Positions 11,670 through 21,791 of a DNA stretch of 64,000 nucleotides are shown here, piece by piece (the stretch's first letter is position 1; every line of letters starts with the position of its first letter). The position numbers and the translations under genes are program-made. This stretch comes from Alphaproteobacteria bacterium (GTDB taxonomy: Bacteria > Pseudomonadota > Alphaproteobacteria > JAAXGF01), in NCBI GenBank assembly GCA_963555825.3, contig CAUVXB020000002.1, forward strand, positions 2,976,001 to 3,040,000, given 5' to 3'. The notes below the pieces were generated by a model that saw nothing but the letters and a program-made list of their open reading frames with translations, was not told the DNA's origin and searched no databases.

Positions 11670-11826
11670 CGTTGGGACTCCTCGTTGGGGGACGCCCCGG
11701 AGTGCGGCGCCCGTCTGACCAACCAAATGTGCCGTGCCAGCGCCCGCGCCAATCAAGCCGGCTCAAAGCTTCGTGATCCGCCGAGAGGTCGCCGGGGATG
11801 GCTCGCCGCGCGGCGGCCGAGGGTGA

Positions 11827-11964
11827 TAGAGCATATATAGATCGACTGGGATCGATCTATATATGCCAGCCCGCGACCGCGGGCCGCCGACCGTTCGGCG
11901 GAAGCATGCGCGGCGATTGAGCGCAGGTCATCTTTACGCGTAAAGATGACCGCAAAATGCTTTA
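11827..11964 (+). repeat. Dispersed ~140-bp palindromic repeat, copy A
   Basis: TAGAGCAT...ATGCTTTA ends; two perfect palindromes; 44-nt core identical (inverted) to copy C. Confidence 0.9.
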
Positions 11965-11999
11965 GCATGTCGGGGCCACCAACCGGGAGCACGACGCCG

Positions 12000-12773
12000 A
12001 TGCAGATTGCCGAGCAATGGTTTCATCGCAAGCGGGTCGACGACGACATCACGCTGATCTACGAACCGCACGTCCACCCGCTGATCCGCTGCAACGTCTG
12101 GCATGTGCGCGGCCGCGACCGCGACCTGCTGGTCGACACCGCGCTCGGCCTGGCGAGCCTCAAGGAGGCGGCGCGCGATCTGATCGACAAGCCGCTGCTG
12201 GCCTGCGCGACCCACTACCATTTCGATCACACCGGCGGCATGCACGAGTTCGAAGAGCGCTTGGTCCACGCCGCCGAGGCGCAGCACCTCGCCGACGCCT
12301 ACGGCGGCATGAAGCTGCGCACGTCGGATTTCGGCGAGAAAAGCAAGAAGGCGCTCGAGGATGCCGGCTACGTGCTCGATACCGAGGAGCTGCTCGACGC
12401 CTACCCGCGCGCGGGCTTCGATCCTGGCGCACACACGCTCGAACCGGCGCCGCCGACCCGTGTGCTCGAGGAAGGCGACTCCGTCGATCTTGGCGACCGC
12501 GCCTTCGAGGTGATCCACATCCCGGGCCATTCGCCGGGCTCGATCGGGCTGTGGGAGGAAGCGACCGGAATCCTGTTCTCGGGAGACGCGATCTACGACG
12601 GCCCGCTGCTGGACAACCTCGAGGACTCGAGCATCGACGACTACATCGTCACCATGGAACGCCTGCGCGAACTGCCGGTCAGCGTCGTCCACGGCGGCCA
12701 CGACCCATCATTCGGGCGCGACCGCCTGATCGAGATCTGCGATCAATACCTCGCCAAATGGGCCGCGGCGTAG
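12000..12773 (+). CDS. Metallo-beta-lactamase-fold hydrolase
   Basis: THYHFDHTGG, IPGHSPGS, FSGD, GGH metal-ligand motifs. Confidence 0.9.
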   Translation: MQIAEQWFHRKRVDDDITLIYEPHVHPLIRCNVWHVRGRDRDLLVDTALGLASLKEAARDLIDKPLLACATHYHFDHTGGMHEFEERLVHAAEAQHLADAYGGMKLRTSDFGEKSKKALEDAGYVLDTEELLDAYPRAGFDPGAHTLEPAPPTRVLEEGDSVDLGDRAFEVIHIPGHSPGSIGLWEEATGILFSGDAIYDGPLLDNLEDSSIDDYIVTMERLRELPVSVVHGGHDPSFGRDRLIEICDQYLAKWAAA

Positions 12774-12794
12774 GGGCGGGTTTCAAACCCGCCC
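12770..12794 (+). repeat. GTAG-type REP element
   Basis: GTAG-G-GGCGGGTTT-C-AAACCCGCC-C; its TAG is the stop codon of the upstream gene. Confidence 0.7.
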
Positions 12795-12831
12795 GGACGA
12801 CCGATGAACGGTGGCCCGTGGCCCGCCGGTC

Positions 12832-14046
12832 TCACGCCATCGCCGCCTGCAATCCTTCGTCGAGCTTGTCGAGGAATTGGGTGGTGGTGAGCCAGGGCTG
12901 GTCGGGGCCGATCAAGAGCGCCAGGTCCTTGGTCATGTGGCCGGCCTCGACGGTCGCGACGCAGACCCGCTCCAGCGTCGTCGCGAAAGCCGCCAGCTCG
13001 GGCGTGTCGTCGAGCTTGGCGCGGTGCTCGAGCGCGCGCGTCCAGGCGAAGATCGAGGCGATCGGGTTGGTCGAGGTCGCGTTGCCCTTCTGGTGCTCGC
13101 GGTAGTGCCGCGTCACCGTGCCGTGCGCCGCCTCGGCCTCGACGGTGCGGCCGTCGGGCGTCATCAGCACCGAGGTCATCAGGCCGAGCGAGCCGAAGCC
13201 CTGGGCGACGGTGTCGGACTGCACGTCGCCGTCGTAGTTCTTGCACGCCCAGACGAACTTGCCCGACCACTTGAGCGCGGAGGCGACCATGTCGTCGATC
13301 AGCCGGTGCTCGTAGGTAATGCCGGCGGCGGCGAACCGATCGGCGAACTCGGCGTCGAAGACCTCCTGGAAGAGGTCCTTGAAGCGCCCGTCGTAGACCT
13401 TCAGGATGGTGTTCTTGGTCGACAGATAGACCGGCCAGCCGCGCGTCAGGCCGAAGTTGAGGCAGGCGCGCGCGAAGCCGCGGATCGAGTCGTCGAGGTT
13501 GTACATGCCGAGCGCGACGCCGGCGCCCGGGAACTCGAAGATCTCGCGCTCGAACGGCGCGCCGCCGTCGGCCGGCTCGAAGCGCACGGTGAGTTTGCCC
13601 GGCCCGGGGATCAGCATGTCGGTGGCGCGGTACTGGTCGCCGAAGGCGTGGCGGCCGATGACGATCGGGTCGGTCCAGCCGGGCACCAGGCGCGGCACGT
13701 TGCGGCAGATGATCGGCTCGCGGAACACCGTGCCACCCAGGATGTTGCGGATCGTGCCGTTCGGCGAGCGCCACATCTGCTTGAGGCCGAACTCCTCGAC
13801 GCGCGCCTCGTCGGGCGTGATGGTCGCGCATTTGACGCCGACGCCGTGTTCCGCGATGGCGTTGGCCGCGTCGACCGTGATCTGGTCGTCGGTCGCGTCG
13901 CGCGCCTGGATGCCAAGGTCGAAATAGGCCAGCTCGAGGTCGAGATAGGGCAGGATCAGCTGGTCCTTGATGAACGCCCAGATGATTCGCGTCATCTCGT
14001 CGCCGTCGAGCTCGACGACCGGGTTTGCGACCTTGATCTTGGCCAT
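12832..14046 (-). CDS. icd: NADP-dependent isocitrate dehydrogenase
   Basis: [62 protein letters not shown]. Confidence 0.98.
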   Translation of the reverse strand: MAKIKVANPVVELDGDEMTRIIWAFIKDQLILPYLDLELAYFDLGIQARDATDDQITVDAANAIAEHGVGVKCATITPDEARVEEFGLKQMWRSPNGTIRNILGGTVFREPIICRNVPRLVPGWTDPIVIGRHAFGDQYRATDMLIPGPGKLTVRFEPADGGAPFEREIFEFPGAGVALGMYNLDDSIRGFARACLNFGLTRGWPVYLSTKNTILKVYDGRFKDLFQEVFDAEFADRFAAAGITYEHRLIDDMVASALKWSGKFVWACKNYDGDVQSDTVAQGFGSLGLMTSVLMTPDGRTVEAEAAHGTVTRHYREHQKGNATSTNPIASIFAWTRALEHRAKLDDTPELAAFATTLERVCVATVEAGHMTKDLALLIGPDQPWLTTTQFLDKLDEGLQAAMA

Positions 14047-14148
14047 GTCACGACTCCTCGAATAATCGGCGCCGGTTCTGTTCCGGCTGGCGAGGCGGGC
14101 AAGATATCACCGCCGCCCGCGCCTGCCTAGCGAACCGCGTTGGCGGCG

Positions 14149-14733
14149 TCAAAGAAGACTTTCGTGGGTCGTCACGGTGGCTTCGGGGGCGCGTGCCACG
14201 GCGTCGAAGATGCCCTCAACCGTCGCGACCACAGTGAACAGCCCGCGCGTCGCGGGTGGCGCGAAGCCAGCGACGATTGCGTGGTCGATCAGCGCCACGA
14301 GCGGCGCCCAATAGCCGGCGTTGTCGACCAGCACGATCGGCTTGTCGTGCAGCGCGAGCTGGCGCCAGGTGATGACCTCGAGGGCCTCGTCGAGCGTGCC
14401 CATGCCGCCGGGCAGCACGGCGAAGGCGTCGGCGAGCTCGAACATCTTGCGCTTGCGCGCGTGCATGCTGTCGACGACGATCAGCTCGGTGATCGCGCCG
14501 TGGCCGACCTCGCGATCTTGTAGATGGCGGGGGATGACGCCTGTTACACTGCCGCTGGCGGCGAGCGCCGCGTCGGCCATGATGCCCATCAGGCCGATGC
14601 CGCCGCCGCCGTAGACGAGGCGCACGCCGCGCTCGGCGGCGAGCCGGCCGAGCCGGGCGGCGGCGTCGCGGTGGCACTCGTCGACGGTACTCGACGAGCC
14701 GCAATAGACACAAAGCGAGTTCAGCGTGGCCAA
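14149..14733 (-). CDS. LOG family nucleotide monophosphate nucleosidase (TIGR00730-like)
   Basis: LCVYCGSS, LVYGGG.IGLMG, MHARKRKM, PGGMGTLDE; probable TTG start at 14733. Confidence 0.9.
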   Translation of the reverse strand: MATLNSLCVYCGSSSTVDECHRDAAARLGRLAAERGVRLVYGGGGIGLMGIMADAALAASGSVTGVIPRHLQDREVGHGAITELIVVDSMHARKRKMFELADAFAVLPGGMGTLDEALEVITWRQLALHDKPIVLVDNAGYWAPLVALIDHAIVAGFAPPATRGLFTVVATVEGIFDAVARAPEATVTTHESLL

Positions 14734-15109
14734 GAAACTCCTCCCCTCAAGCGTGCTCGTACTATCTTTGCTGGCGGCGCCGTTGTACAGCGCGGGCCAC
14801 GCCGGCGAGGCCGACGTCGTCGATGTCCGCGCGACCGAGACCGGCGCCGGCGTCTGGCGCTTCGACGTCACCGTCAGCCACGCCGACGCGGGCTGGCATC
14901 ACTACGCCGACCGCTGGGACGTCGTCGGCGCGGGCGGCGCGGTGCTCGGCAGCCGGGTGCTGCTTCACCCGCACGTCAACGAACAGCCCTTCACGCGCAG
15001 CCTCTCGGGCGTCGCGATCCCGGCCGGCACCGACCGGGTCCGCCTGCGCGCACACGACAGCGTGCACGACTTCGGTGGCGCCGAGATGACCGTCGAGCTG
15101 TCGCAATAA
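14726..15109 (+). CDS. Secreted His-rich hypothetical protein
   Basis: Signal peptide; HADAGWHHYADRW, RVLLHPHVNEQPFTRS, AHDSVH; typical codon usage; start uncertain. Confidence 0.7.
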   Translation: MAKKLLPSSVLVLSLLAAPLYSAGHAGEADVVDVRATETGAGVWRFDVTVSHADAGWHHYADRWDVVGAGGAVLGSRVLLHPHVNEQPFTRSLSGVAIPAGTDRVRLRAHDSVHDFGGAEMTVELSQ

Positions 15110-15113
15110 GGAC

Positions 15114-16043
15114 TCAGTCATAGGGCGAATCGCTCGCGGGCTTTTCCGGTTCGACGCGGTTGTCGATCGGCGGCAGGCTCAGCACATACTCGGCGATCGC
15201 CAGGCGGTCGGCGTCGCTCAGGTGACGGTAGCCCGCCTCGATCGCCTCGGCCATGACGCCCTGGACGTCGTCGAAGTCGGGCTTGAGACCGGTCTTCAAC
15301 AGCTTCGCGATGTCGCCGGCGCTCCAGCGGCCGATGCCGGTCGTGGCGTGCGGCGTGATGTTGGGCGCCGGCTCGCCCTCGGGCCCGTCCTTGGCGCCGG
15401 CGTAACGCAGCGCCTCGTCGAGGCCGCCGAGCGCGCCGCGCGGCGTGTGGCACTCGCCGCAATGGGCCAGCGCATTGGCCAGATAGGCGCCGCGGTTCCA
15501 GGTCTCGGATTTGGCGGCGTCGGGGCGCCAACGCCCCGGCTCGAAATAGAGCCACTTCCACGGCCCGACGGTGGCGCGCCAGCCATAGGGCGCCGCCACG
15601 TCGTGCTCGCGGTTGACCTGGCGCACCGCCGGCACCGCGTCGAGATAGGCCTTGAGGTCGCGCAGGTCGGCGTCGCTCGCCTTGGTGAAGCTGGTGTAGG
15701 GAAACACCGGGAAGTAGTGCGCGCCGTCGGGTGCGATGCCCTGGCGCATCGCGCGCAGGAAATCGTCCTCGCTCCAGCCGCCGATGCCGGTCGCGGCGTC
15801 GGGCGTGATGTTCGGGCTGTAGAAGATGCCGAAGGGCGTCTTGAGCGGCCGGCCGCCGGCGAGGTACGCGCCCTCGCGCACGACGCCCTCGCGCACGATA
15901 TTAGTGTGGCACGAGCAGCCGCCCGCGGCACGGAAGACGTATGCGCCGCGCGCCGCCGCGTCGGTTTGCTGGGCGCGCGCGCCACCCGCCGCCGCCGTCA
16001 CGCTCAAGACCAGAGCGACGAGGGCGGTGCGCGCGACGTGCAA
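15114..16043 (-). CDS. Periplasmic di-heme cytochrome c
   Basis: Two CxxCH (CSCH, CGECH), PNITPD..TGIG.WS repeated, YFPVFPYTSF; start uncertain. Confidence 0.88.
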   Translation of the reverse strand: MHVARTALVALVLSVTAAAGGARAQQTDAAARGAYVFRAAGGCSCHTNIVREGVVREGAYLAGGRPLKTPFGIFYSPNITPDAATGIGGWSEDDFLRAMRQGIAPDGAHYFPVFPYTSFTKASDADLRDLKAYLDAVPAVRQVNREHDVAAPYGWRATVGPWKWLYFEPGRWRPDAAKSETWNRGAYLANALAHCGECHTPRGALGGLDEALRYAGAKDGPEGEPAPNITPHATTGIGRWSAGDIAKLLKTGLKPDFDDVQGVMAEAIEAGYRHLSDADRLAIAEYVLSLPPIDNRVEPEKPASDSPYD

Positions 16044-16068
16044 CTCCGGGCGCCTGCGCGCCCCGGCG

Positions 16069-16557
16069 CTACTGCTTCTTCTTGCGGAACGGTTTATGGC
16101 ACCCGCCACAGCTCTCGCCGACCTTGTTCAACTGTGCGCCGACGGCGGCCATGTCGCCCGTCTCGGCAACCCGCGCCAGCTCCAAGGCCGCGGTCTGGAA
16201 CGCCTTGATAGCCGCCTCGAACTTGGCCCAGTTCTGCCAGATTTCCGGCTTGGCGCGGGTCTCGCCGACGCCCGAGCCCGCCGGGAAGATGTCGTCGATC
16301 ATCAGGCTGGCATCGTGCATCGCGCGGGCATGCGCGGCGACATGACCGGTGTACGACACCTCGCCCGAAAGCACCGCCGCGATGCCGCCGATATGGGCAC
16401 TGATCCCGGACATTACCTTCTGGCGATACTTGATGACGTTGGCGGGTTCGTCGGCCGCCCCGACCGTCGTCACGGTCGTGAACGCGATCATTGCGGCGAG
16501 CGCCCCGAAGACCGCCGCGCCCAGCAGTTTTTTGCAAATTCGCAAGTTACCCTCCAC
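16069..16557 (-). CDS. Cytochrome c' / c556 (class II)
   Basis: Signal peptide, IKYRQ.VM, AKPEIWQNW..F, C-terminal CGGCHKPFR. Confidence 0.9.
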   Translation of the reverse strand: MEGNLRICKKLLGAAVFGALAAMIAFTTVTTVGAADEPANVIKYRQKVMSGISAHIGGIAAVLSGEVSYTGHVAAHARAMHDASLMIDDIFPAGSGVGETRAKPEIWQNWAKFEAAIKAFQTAALELARVAETGDMAAVGAQLNKVGESCGGCHKPFRKKKQ

Positions 16558-16709
16558 GCAGTAAATCTAATCCCCACAGCGCCGCGATTGTTTCCGAGCC
16601 CGGGCTGGGCGTCAACCGCGTAGAAAATCACGATTTCGGCATCGTTTCACGGGTTTGTGGGGTGCGCGGCCCCGGGTTCGATGCTATATGATGAGCCATA
16701 GAAAGGCGC

Positions 16710-17879
16710 ATGACCGACCAAGCTGCACCGAGCTCCCGTCGAACGATCATCGCCGTCATGATTGTGGCGGCGCTGGCTATCGTCGCGATCTTCTTATGGG
16801 ACCGTCTCGGCGCCCCGGACGACGCCGCGCCAATGGTCGCCTCGGGTGACACGGCAACGTCGGCGACCGGCACGCCTTCGACCACTGAAACCACCGCGAC
16901 GACCGAAACCGACGCGACGACCGAAACCGACGCGATGGCGCCGGCGAGCGCGCCGGCCGAGACCACCATCCCGTCGTTCGACGTCGTGCACATCAGCCGC
17001 GAGGGCGCCGCGGTTATCGCCGGTCGCGCGACGCCGGGCGCCGAGGTCACGGTGCGCGACGGCGACGCGGTGATCGGTACGGTGACGGCGGACGCCCGCG
17101 GCGAATGGGTGATGGTGCCCGAAACGGCGATCGCGCCGGGCACCCGCGAGCTCGTGCTGAGCCAACAGACGGCGGACGGCGAAACGACCCTGGCGGACGC
17201 CGTCGTCGTGCTCGACGTGCCCGAGGTCGTGGCGAGCGCCCAATTGCCGGTCGCGACCCAATTGCCGGCTTCGACCCAATTGCCGGCCTCCACCCAGTTG
17301 CCGGTCTCGACCCAATTGCCGACTGCGACCGATGCGCCCTTTGGCACGCTCGCCGTTCTGGTACCGCTTGACGGCGGTGTAAGCCGTATCCTGCAGGCGC
17401 CCGGGACGGGCGGCGGCGGCATCGAGGTGACGGGGGGTCTATCGCTCGACACCGTCGATTATGATCAGACCGGCAATTTCGCCATCGCCGGGCGCGGCAT
17501 AAAGGGCGGCGAGGTCTTGATTTACATGGACAACCGGCTGATCGGCCGCTCCGCCGTCAGCGCCGAAAGCAGCTGGCGCGTCGCGCCCGACGGCACCGTG
17601 CTGCCAGGCCTGCATAAGCTGCGCGTCGATCAGGTCGACGAGAGCGGCAAGATCGTCGCGCGCATCGAGACGCCGTTCTCGCGCGCCGAGGCCGAGCCGC
17701 TCGAGGCTGGCGCCGTCTGGGTCGTGGTGCAGCCCGGCAACAGCCTGTGGCGCATCGCCCGGCGCATCTACGGCGGCGGCATGCGCTACGTCGTCATCTA
17801 CGAGGCGAACCGTGACCAGATCCGCGACGCCGACCTGATCTACCCCGGTCAGATTTTCGTCACGCCTGTCGAATACTAG
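16710..17879 (+). CDS. Membrane-anchored Ig-like + LysM peptidoglycan-binding protein
   Basis: N-terminal TM, PSFDVV...G.AVIAGR, C-terminal VVVQPGNSLWRIA...YEANRDQIRDADLIYPGQIF. Confidence 0.9.
   Translation: MTDQAAPSSRRTIIAVMIVAALAIVAIFLWDRLGAPDDAAPMVASGDTATSATGTPSTTETTATTETDATTETDAMAPASAPAETTIPSFDVVHISREGAAVIAGRATPGAEVTVRDGDAVIGTVTADARGEWVMVPETAIAPGTRELVLSQQTADGETTLADAVVVLDVPEVVASAQLPVATQLPASTQLPASTQLPVSTQLPTATDAPFGTLAVLVPLDGGVSRILQAPGTGGGGIEVTGGLSLDTVDYDQTGNFAIAGRGIKGGEVLIYMDNRLIGRSAVSAESSWRVAPDGTVLPGLHKLRVDQVDESGKIVARIETPFSRAEAEPLEAGAVWVVVQPGNSLWRIARRIYGGGMRYVVIYEANRDQIRDADLIYPGQIFVTPVEY
17239..17328 (+). repeat. 18-bp x5 in-frame tandem repeat (TQLPxx)
   Basis: CCCAATTGCCGG.. units at 18-bp period. 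Confidence 0.85.
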
Positions 17880-19060
17880 TGTCCTGATCGATAAATTGAT
17901 ATGATTATGTCTCTATTTGTTTTTAGGAGGCGCGATTGATGGCGAGAGTGGCGGTGACGATCTCTTTGAGCGATGACGAGCGCGCCGAATTGGAGGCGCT
18001 GTCTCGTCGTCGCAAGACGTCGCAGGGGCTTGCGCGGCGGGCTCGGATCGTCTTGGCGGCGGCGGAAGGGTTGGAGAACAAGGAGATCGCCGTTCGTCTC
18101 GAGGCGAGCGCGGACACCGTGGGCAAGTGGCGTCGCCGCTATGCGGCGGAGGGCCTCGACGGTCTGTACGACGAACCCCGCCCCGGCGCGCCGCGTCAAA
18201 TCGGCGATGACGCCATCGCGGAAGCGGTCCGGCTGACGCTGGAAGAGACGCCGCCGGACGCGACCCATTGGAGCCTTCGCTCGATGGCGCGGGCGAGCGG
18301 CCACGCGCCCTCGACCATTCATCGCATCTGGCGGGCCTTCGGCTTGCAGCCGCATCGCTCGGAGACCTTCAAGCTGTCGAGCGATCCCTTCTTCGTGGAG
18401 AAGGTCCGCGACATCGTCGGTCTGTATTTGGCGCCGCCGGATCGTGCCCTGGTTCTCTGTGTCGACGAAAAGAGCCAGATCCAGGCCCTGGACCGTTCCC
18501 AGCCCCTCTTGCCGATGCGCCCCGGGCAGGCGGAGCGGCGCAGCCACGACTACAAGCGCCACGGCACGACCTCTCTCTTCGCGGCCCTCGACATCGCCAC
18601 GGGAGAGATCATCGGCAAATGTTTCCCGCGCCATCGGGCCCGAGAGTTCCGCAAATTCCTCGACCTCGTCGAGGCGAACGTCCCTGCTGATCTCGACATC
18701 CACATCGTCATGGACAACTACGGGACCCACAAGACCAAGGCGATCCGCGACTGGTTCGCCAAACGGCCGCGCTGGCAGGCCCATTTCACACCCACCAGCG
18801 CCTCCTGGCTGAACCAGGTCGAGCGCTGGTTCGGGCTGCTGACCGACAAGCAGATCAGGCGCGGCGTCCATCGCTCCACCAAGGAGTTGGAGCGCACCAT
18901 CCTCGACTACATCGACACGACAAACCAGAACCCCAAACCCTTCAAATGGACCAAATCCGCCGATGACATCCTCGGCGCCATCCAGCGCTTCTGCCTCCGA
19001 ACAATCGAAATCGCTGAACAGCAGGCGAAAATCATGCGAACTTCGGAATCGGGACACTAG
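17876..19060 (+). mobile_element. IS630-family insertion sequence
   Basis: Ends CTAGTGTCCTGAT... / ...ATCGGGACACTAG; CTAG (TA core) on both sides. Confidence 0.92.
17939..19060 (+). CDS. IS630-family transposase, uninterrupted
   Basis: HTH region; DDE motifs [29 protein letters not shown]. Confidence 0.95.
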   Translation: MARVAVTISLSDDERAELEALSRRRKTSQGLARRARIVLAAAEGLENKEIAVRLEASADTVGKWRRRYAAEGLDGLYDEPRPGAPRQIGDDAIAEAVRLTLEETPPDATHWSLRSMARASGHAPSTIHRIWRAFGLQPHRSETFKLSSDPFFVEKVRDIVGLYLAPPDRALVLCVDEKSQIQALDRSQPLLPMRPGQAERRSHDYKRHGTTSLFAALDIATGEIIGKCFPRHRAREFRKFLDLVEANVPADLDIHIVMDNYGTHKTKAIRDWFAKRPRWQAHFTPTSASWLNQVERWFGLLTDKQIRRGVHRSTKELERTILDYIDTTNQNPKPFKWTKSADDILGAIQRFCLRTIEIAEQQAKIMRTSESGH

Positions 19061-19087
19061 ATGCTTAGTCAATTGTCCGGCCATCTC

Positions 19088-19231
19088 TTTGTGCGGTCAC
19101 GTAGAGGTGATCTGCGCTCAATCGCCGCGCAAGCCAATCTTAATCCCATAAAGACTGGCCGAATGGTCGGCGGCCCGCGGTCGCGGGCTGGTAGATTTCG
19201 GCCGTTCCTGATCGATTGAATTTTGCTCTAG
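19088..19231 (-). repeat. Dispersed palindromic repeat, copy B (degenerate)
   Basis: TGCGGTCAC...CTGCGCTCAATCGCCGCGCA...CCGAATGGTCGGCGGCCCGCGGTCGCGGGCTGG...TGCTCTAG matches copy A reversed. Confidence 0.85.
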
Positions 19232-19303
19232 GGCTGGACGCGGCCGGCGCGAAGTCTTAAAGACTCAAGGGTTCGTCGCACCCACAAGACCATGGTTTGA
19301 CGC

Positions 19304-19999
19304 GTGTTCGACACGGTATTGGTGCCCATTCGCCGCGAAGGCTGGCCGTTCATCGCCGGCTTCGTCGTGCTCGCCGCGGTGCTCGCCTACGTTACGCCAG
19401 CGCTGGGCTGGCTCGGCGGGCTGCTGACGGTTTGGTGCGTCTATTTCTTCCGCGACCCGCCGCGCGTCGTGCCGACCGGACCCGGCATCCTGGTGAGCCC
19501 CGCCGACGGCCAGATCCTGCCGATCGTGCAGGCCGCGCCGCCGCCTGAGCTCGACATGGGCGAGGCGCCGCGGCCGCGCATCAGCATCTTCATGAACGTC
19601 TTCGACGTGCATGTGAATCGCATGCCCGCCGACGGCGAGGTGACCGGCCTGGCCTACCGGCCGGGCCGCTTCGTCAACGCCTCCCTGGAAAAGGCGAGCG
19701 AGGACAACGAGCGCCAGTCGGTGCGCATGACGACGATCGACGGCAAGGACGTCGCGATCGTGCAGATCGCCGGCCTCGTCGCCCGGCGCATCGTCTGCTA
19801 TCTGACGCCGGGCCAAGCGGTCAGCGTCGGCGAGCGCTTCGGCATGATCCGCTTCGGCAGCCGCGTCGACATCTTCCTCGATGACGGCATGACGGCCACG
19901 GTCGTCGAGGGTCAGCGCGCGATCGCCGGCGAGACGATCATCGCGCGCAACCAGGCGCCGGGCGAAAACGCCGCGCCGCCGGTCGGCGTCGTGCGATGA
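19304..19999 (+). CDS. psd: Phosphatidylserine decarboxylase proenzyme
   Basis: YFFRDP.R, SPADG, IFMNVFDVHVNR, QIAGLVARRI, IRFGSRVD. Confidence 0.96.
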   Translation: MFDTVLVPIRREGWPFIAGFVVLAAVLAYVTPALGWLGGLLTVWCVYFFRDPPRVVPTGPGILVSPADGQILPIVQAAPPPELDMGEAPRPRISIFMNVFDVHVNRMPADGEVTGLAYRPGRFVNASLEKASEDNERQSVRMTTIDGKDVAIVQIAGLVARRIVCYLTPGQAVSVGERFGMIRFGSRVDIFLDDGMTATVVEGQRAIAGETIIARNQAPGENAAPPVGVVR

Positions 20000-20805
20000 A
20001 ATTGCGCAGCCGCCGCCGGCCGCGGCTGCGCGGCCTCTCGATCAACGCGCTGATCCCCAACGCGCTGACCGTGCTCGGCCTGTGCCTCGGGCTGACCGCG
20101 ATCCGCTACGCCTTCGTCGGGCGTTGGGAATTCGCCGTCGGCGCAATCATCCTGGCCGGCATCGTCGACGGCCTGGACGGCCGTGCCGCGCGCATCCTCA
20201 AGGCCTCGACCGAGTTCGGCGCGCAGCTCGATTCGCTGTCGGATTTCCTGTGCTTCGGCGTCGCGCCGGCGATCGTACTGTACCTCTGGGCGCTCGACGA
20301 CATCGGCGGCGCGGGCTGGGGCGTGTCGCTGCTGTTCGCGGTCTGCATCGCGCTTCGCCTGGCGCGCTTCAACGTCAGCCACGACGACCCGAACCGGCCA
20401 TCCTGGGCCGACGAGTACTTCGTCGGCGTGCCGGCGCCGACGGCCGGCGGCATGGTGCTGTTCCCGATGATGGTGTCGTTCGAGTTCGGCGATGCCTTCC
20501 TGCGCGAGCCGGCCTACGTCGCGATCCACGTCATCGCGGTCGCTCTGTTGGCGGTCTCCACGGTGCCGATGTATTCGGGCAAGGGCCTCAAGCTGCGTAA
20601 GAAACACTTCCTGCCATCGCTGCTGTTCGTCGGCGTCGCCTTCGCTGTCATCGTCAGTTATCCTTGGTACAGCTTCTCGCTGCTCGGCATCGGCTACGCC
20701 GTGTCGATCTTCTTCAGCCGGCGCAGCCATCGCCGACGCGTGGCGCAAGAACCGCCGGCCGTTCCGTCGACCGACGAGGATGGCGACGACGTCGCGCCAG
20801 TTTGA
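19996..20805 (+). CDS. pssA: CDP-diacylglycerol--serine O-phosphatidyltransferase
   Basis: PNALT, DGLDGRAAR...FGAQLDSLSD, RLARFN, FVGVPAP; coupled to psd. Confidence 0.93.
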   Translation: MKLRSRRRPRLRGLSINALIPNALTVLGLCLGLTAIRYAFVGRWEFAVGAIILAGIVDGLDGRAARILKASTEFGAQLDSLSDFLCFGVAPAIVLYLWALDDIGGAGWGVSLLFAVCIALRLARFNVSHDDPNRPSWADEYFVGVPAPTAGGMVLFPMMVSFEFGDAFLREPAYVAIHVIAVALLAVSTVPMYSGKGLKLRKKHFLPSLLFVGVAFAVIVSYPWYSFSLLGIGYAVSIFFSRRSHRRRVAQEPPAVPSTDEDGDDVAPV

Positions 20806-20808
20806 ACC

Positions 20809-21687
20809 TTACGCCAAACCCGTTGCCACGCGCGCGTGTGCCGTGATGCGGTAGACGTCGCCGTCCAGATAGGTCTCGAAGGCGTCGTCGATCGCGGCAT
20901 CGAGCGCCGCGCGACGCGCCGGCGACAACGCCTCGAGCGCGGCGCCGAACGACATTTCGACGTTGGGCGCCCAAAAATGGCTGCCGGCAGGCGGTGTCGG
21001 CGCGAATCGGAGCTCCAGCTCCTCGACCTCGGCGAACCCAGCCGCGCGCATCAGGGCGCCCAGGCTGCCGGCCTCGCCGAAGCGGAACTGCGTCAGCCCG
21101 CCGGCCGGCGCGGGCGGCGCGACGAAACCGGCGCCGACGGTCTGGACGACCTCGAATATCGTGTTGTCGACGCGCGGTCCCCAGACCATGTAGGCGGCCC
21201 GTCCGCCCGGCACCAGGACGCGCCGCGCCTCGGCCAGCGCCACGTCCGCGCTGGGCGAGAACATGATGCCGAAGCGGCACAGGACCCGGTCGAACGCGGC
21301 GTCGGCGAAGGGCAGCGCCTCCATGTCGACGATCTCGAAACGAATGTTGGCCAACTTCGCCTCGGCGGCGCGCCGGCGCGCGCCCACGAGCATCTCGGGC
21401 ACCATGTCGGTGGCGGTGACGACGCCCGTTTCGCCAACCCGACGCGCGATGTCGAGCGCCGGCTCGCCGATGCCCGAGGCGAGGTCGAGAACCGCCTGGC
21501 CCGGCGCCAGGTCGGCGGCGTCGAGCAGCGGCGCGTTCATGCGCTGGGCGAGCTGGGCGATGGTGTCCGACCACCGGTCCCAGGCGGTGCTGCGCGCCGT
21601 CCAATTCGCGCGCACGATGGCCTTCAGGCTTGCTGGATCGGTCAGGCTGGCCGGATCGGCCGGCGGCGTGGTTTCTTCGTTGGTCAT
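20809..21687 (-). CDS. Class I SAM-dependent methyltransferase
   Basis: VLDLASGIG, DMEALPFADAAFD, VLVPGGR. Confidence 0.88.
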   Translation of the reverse strand: MTNEETTPPADPASLTDPASLKAIVRANWTARSTAWDRWSDTIAQLAQRMNAPLLDAADLAPGQAVLDLASGIGEPALDIARRVGETGVVTATDMVPEMLVGARRRAAEAKLANIRFEIVDMEALPFADAAFDRVLCRFGIMFSPSADVALAEARRVLVPGGRAAYMVWGPRVDNTIFEVVQTVGAGFVAPPAPAGGLTQFRFGEAGSLGALMRAAGFAEVEELELRFAPTPPAGSHFWAPNVEMSFGAALEALSPARRAALDAAIDDAFETYLDGDVYRITAHARVATGLA

Positions 21688-21791
21688 GTCGGCGACCTTT
21701 GCAGAATTCGAGTGCGCCGGATAGTCTGCACCGCACAGCAAACCGGTGCGGTGCGGCGCGCGCCGGAAACCCCAGTCTTGGGAGCGTGATG

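Noticed and set aside
8566-11766. Very long antisense or alternate-frame ORFs (1066 aa here; also 23865-26381, 27841-30225, 32300-34624, 48292-50784)
   Set aside because: Shadows of real genes in high-GC DNA; Arg/Gly/Ala-rich with no motifs. Only the 3' parts of two of them are real (DHDPS family, RidA)
17239-17328. CRISPR-like array
   Set aside because: Contiguous 18-bp in-frame coding repeats with no spacers; no cas genes in the window
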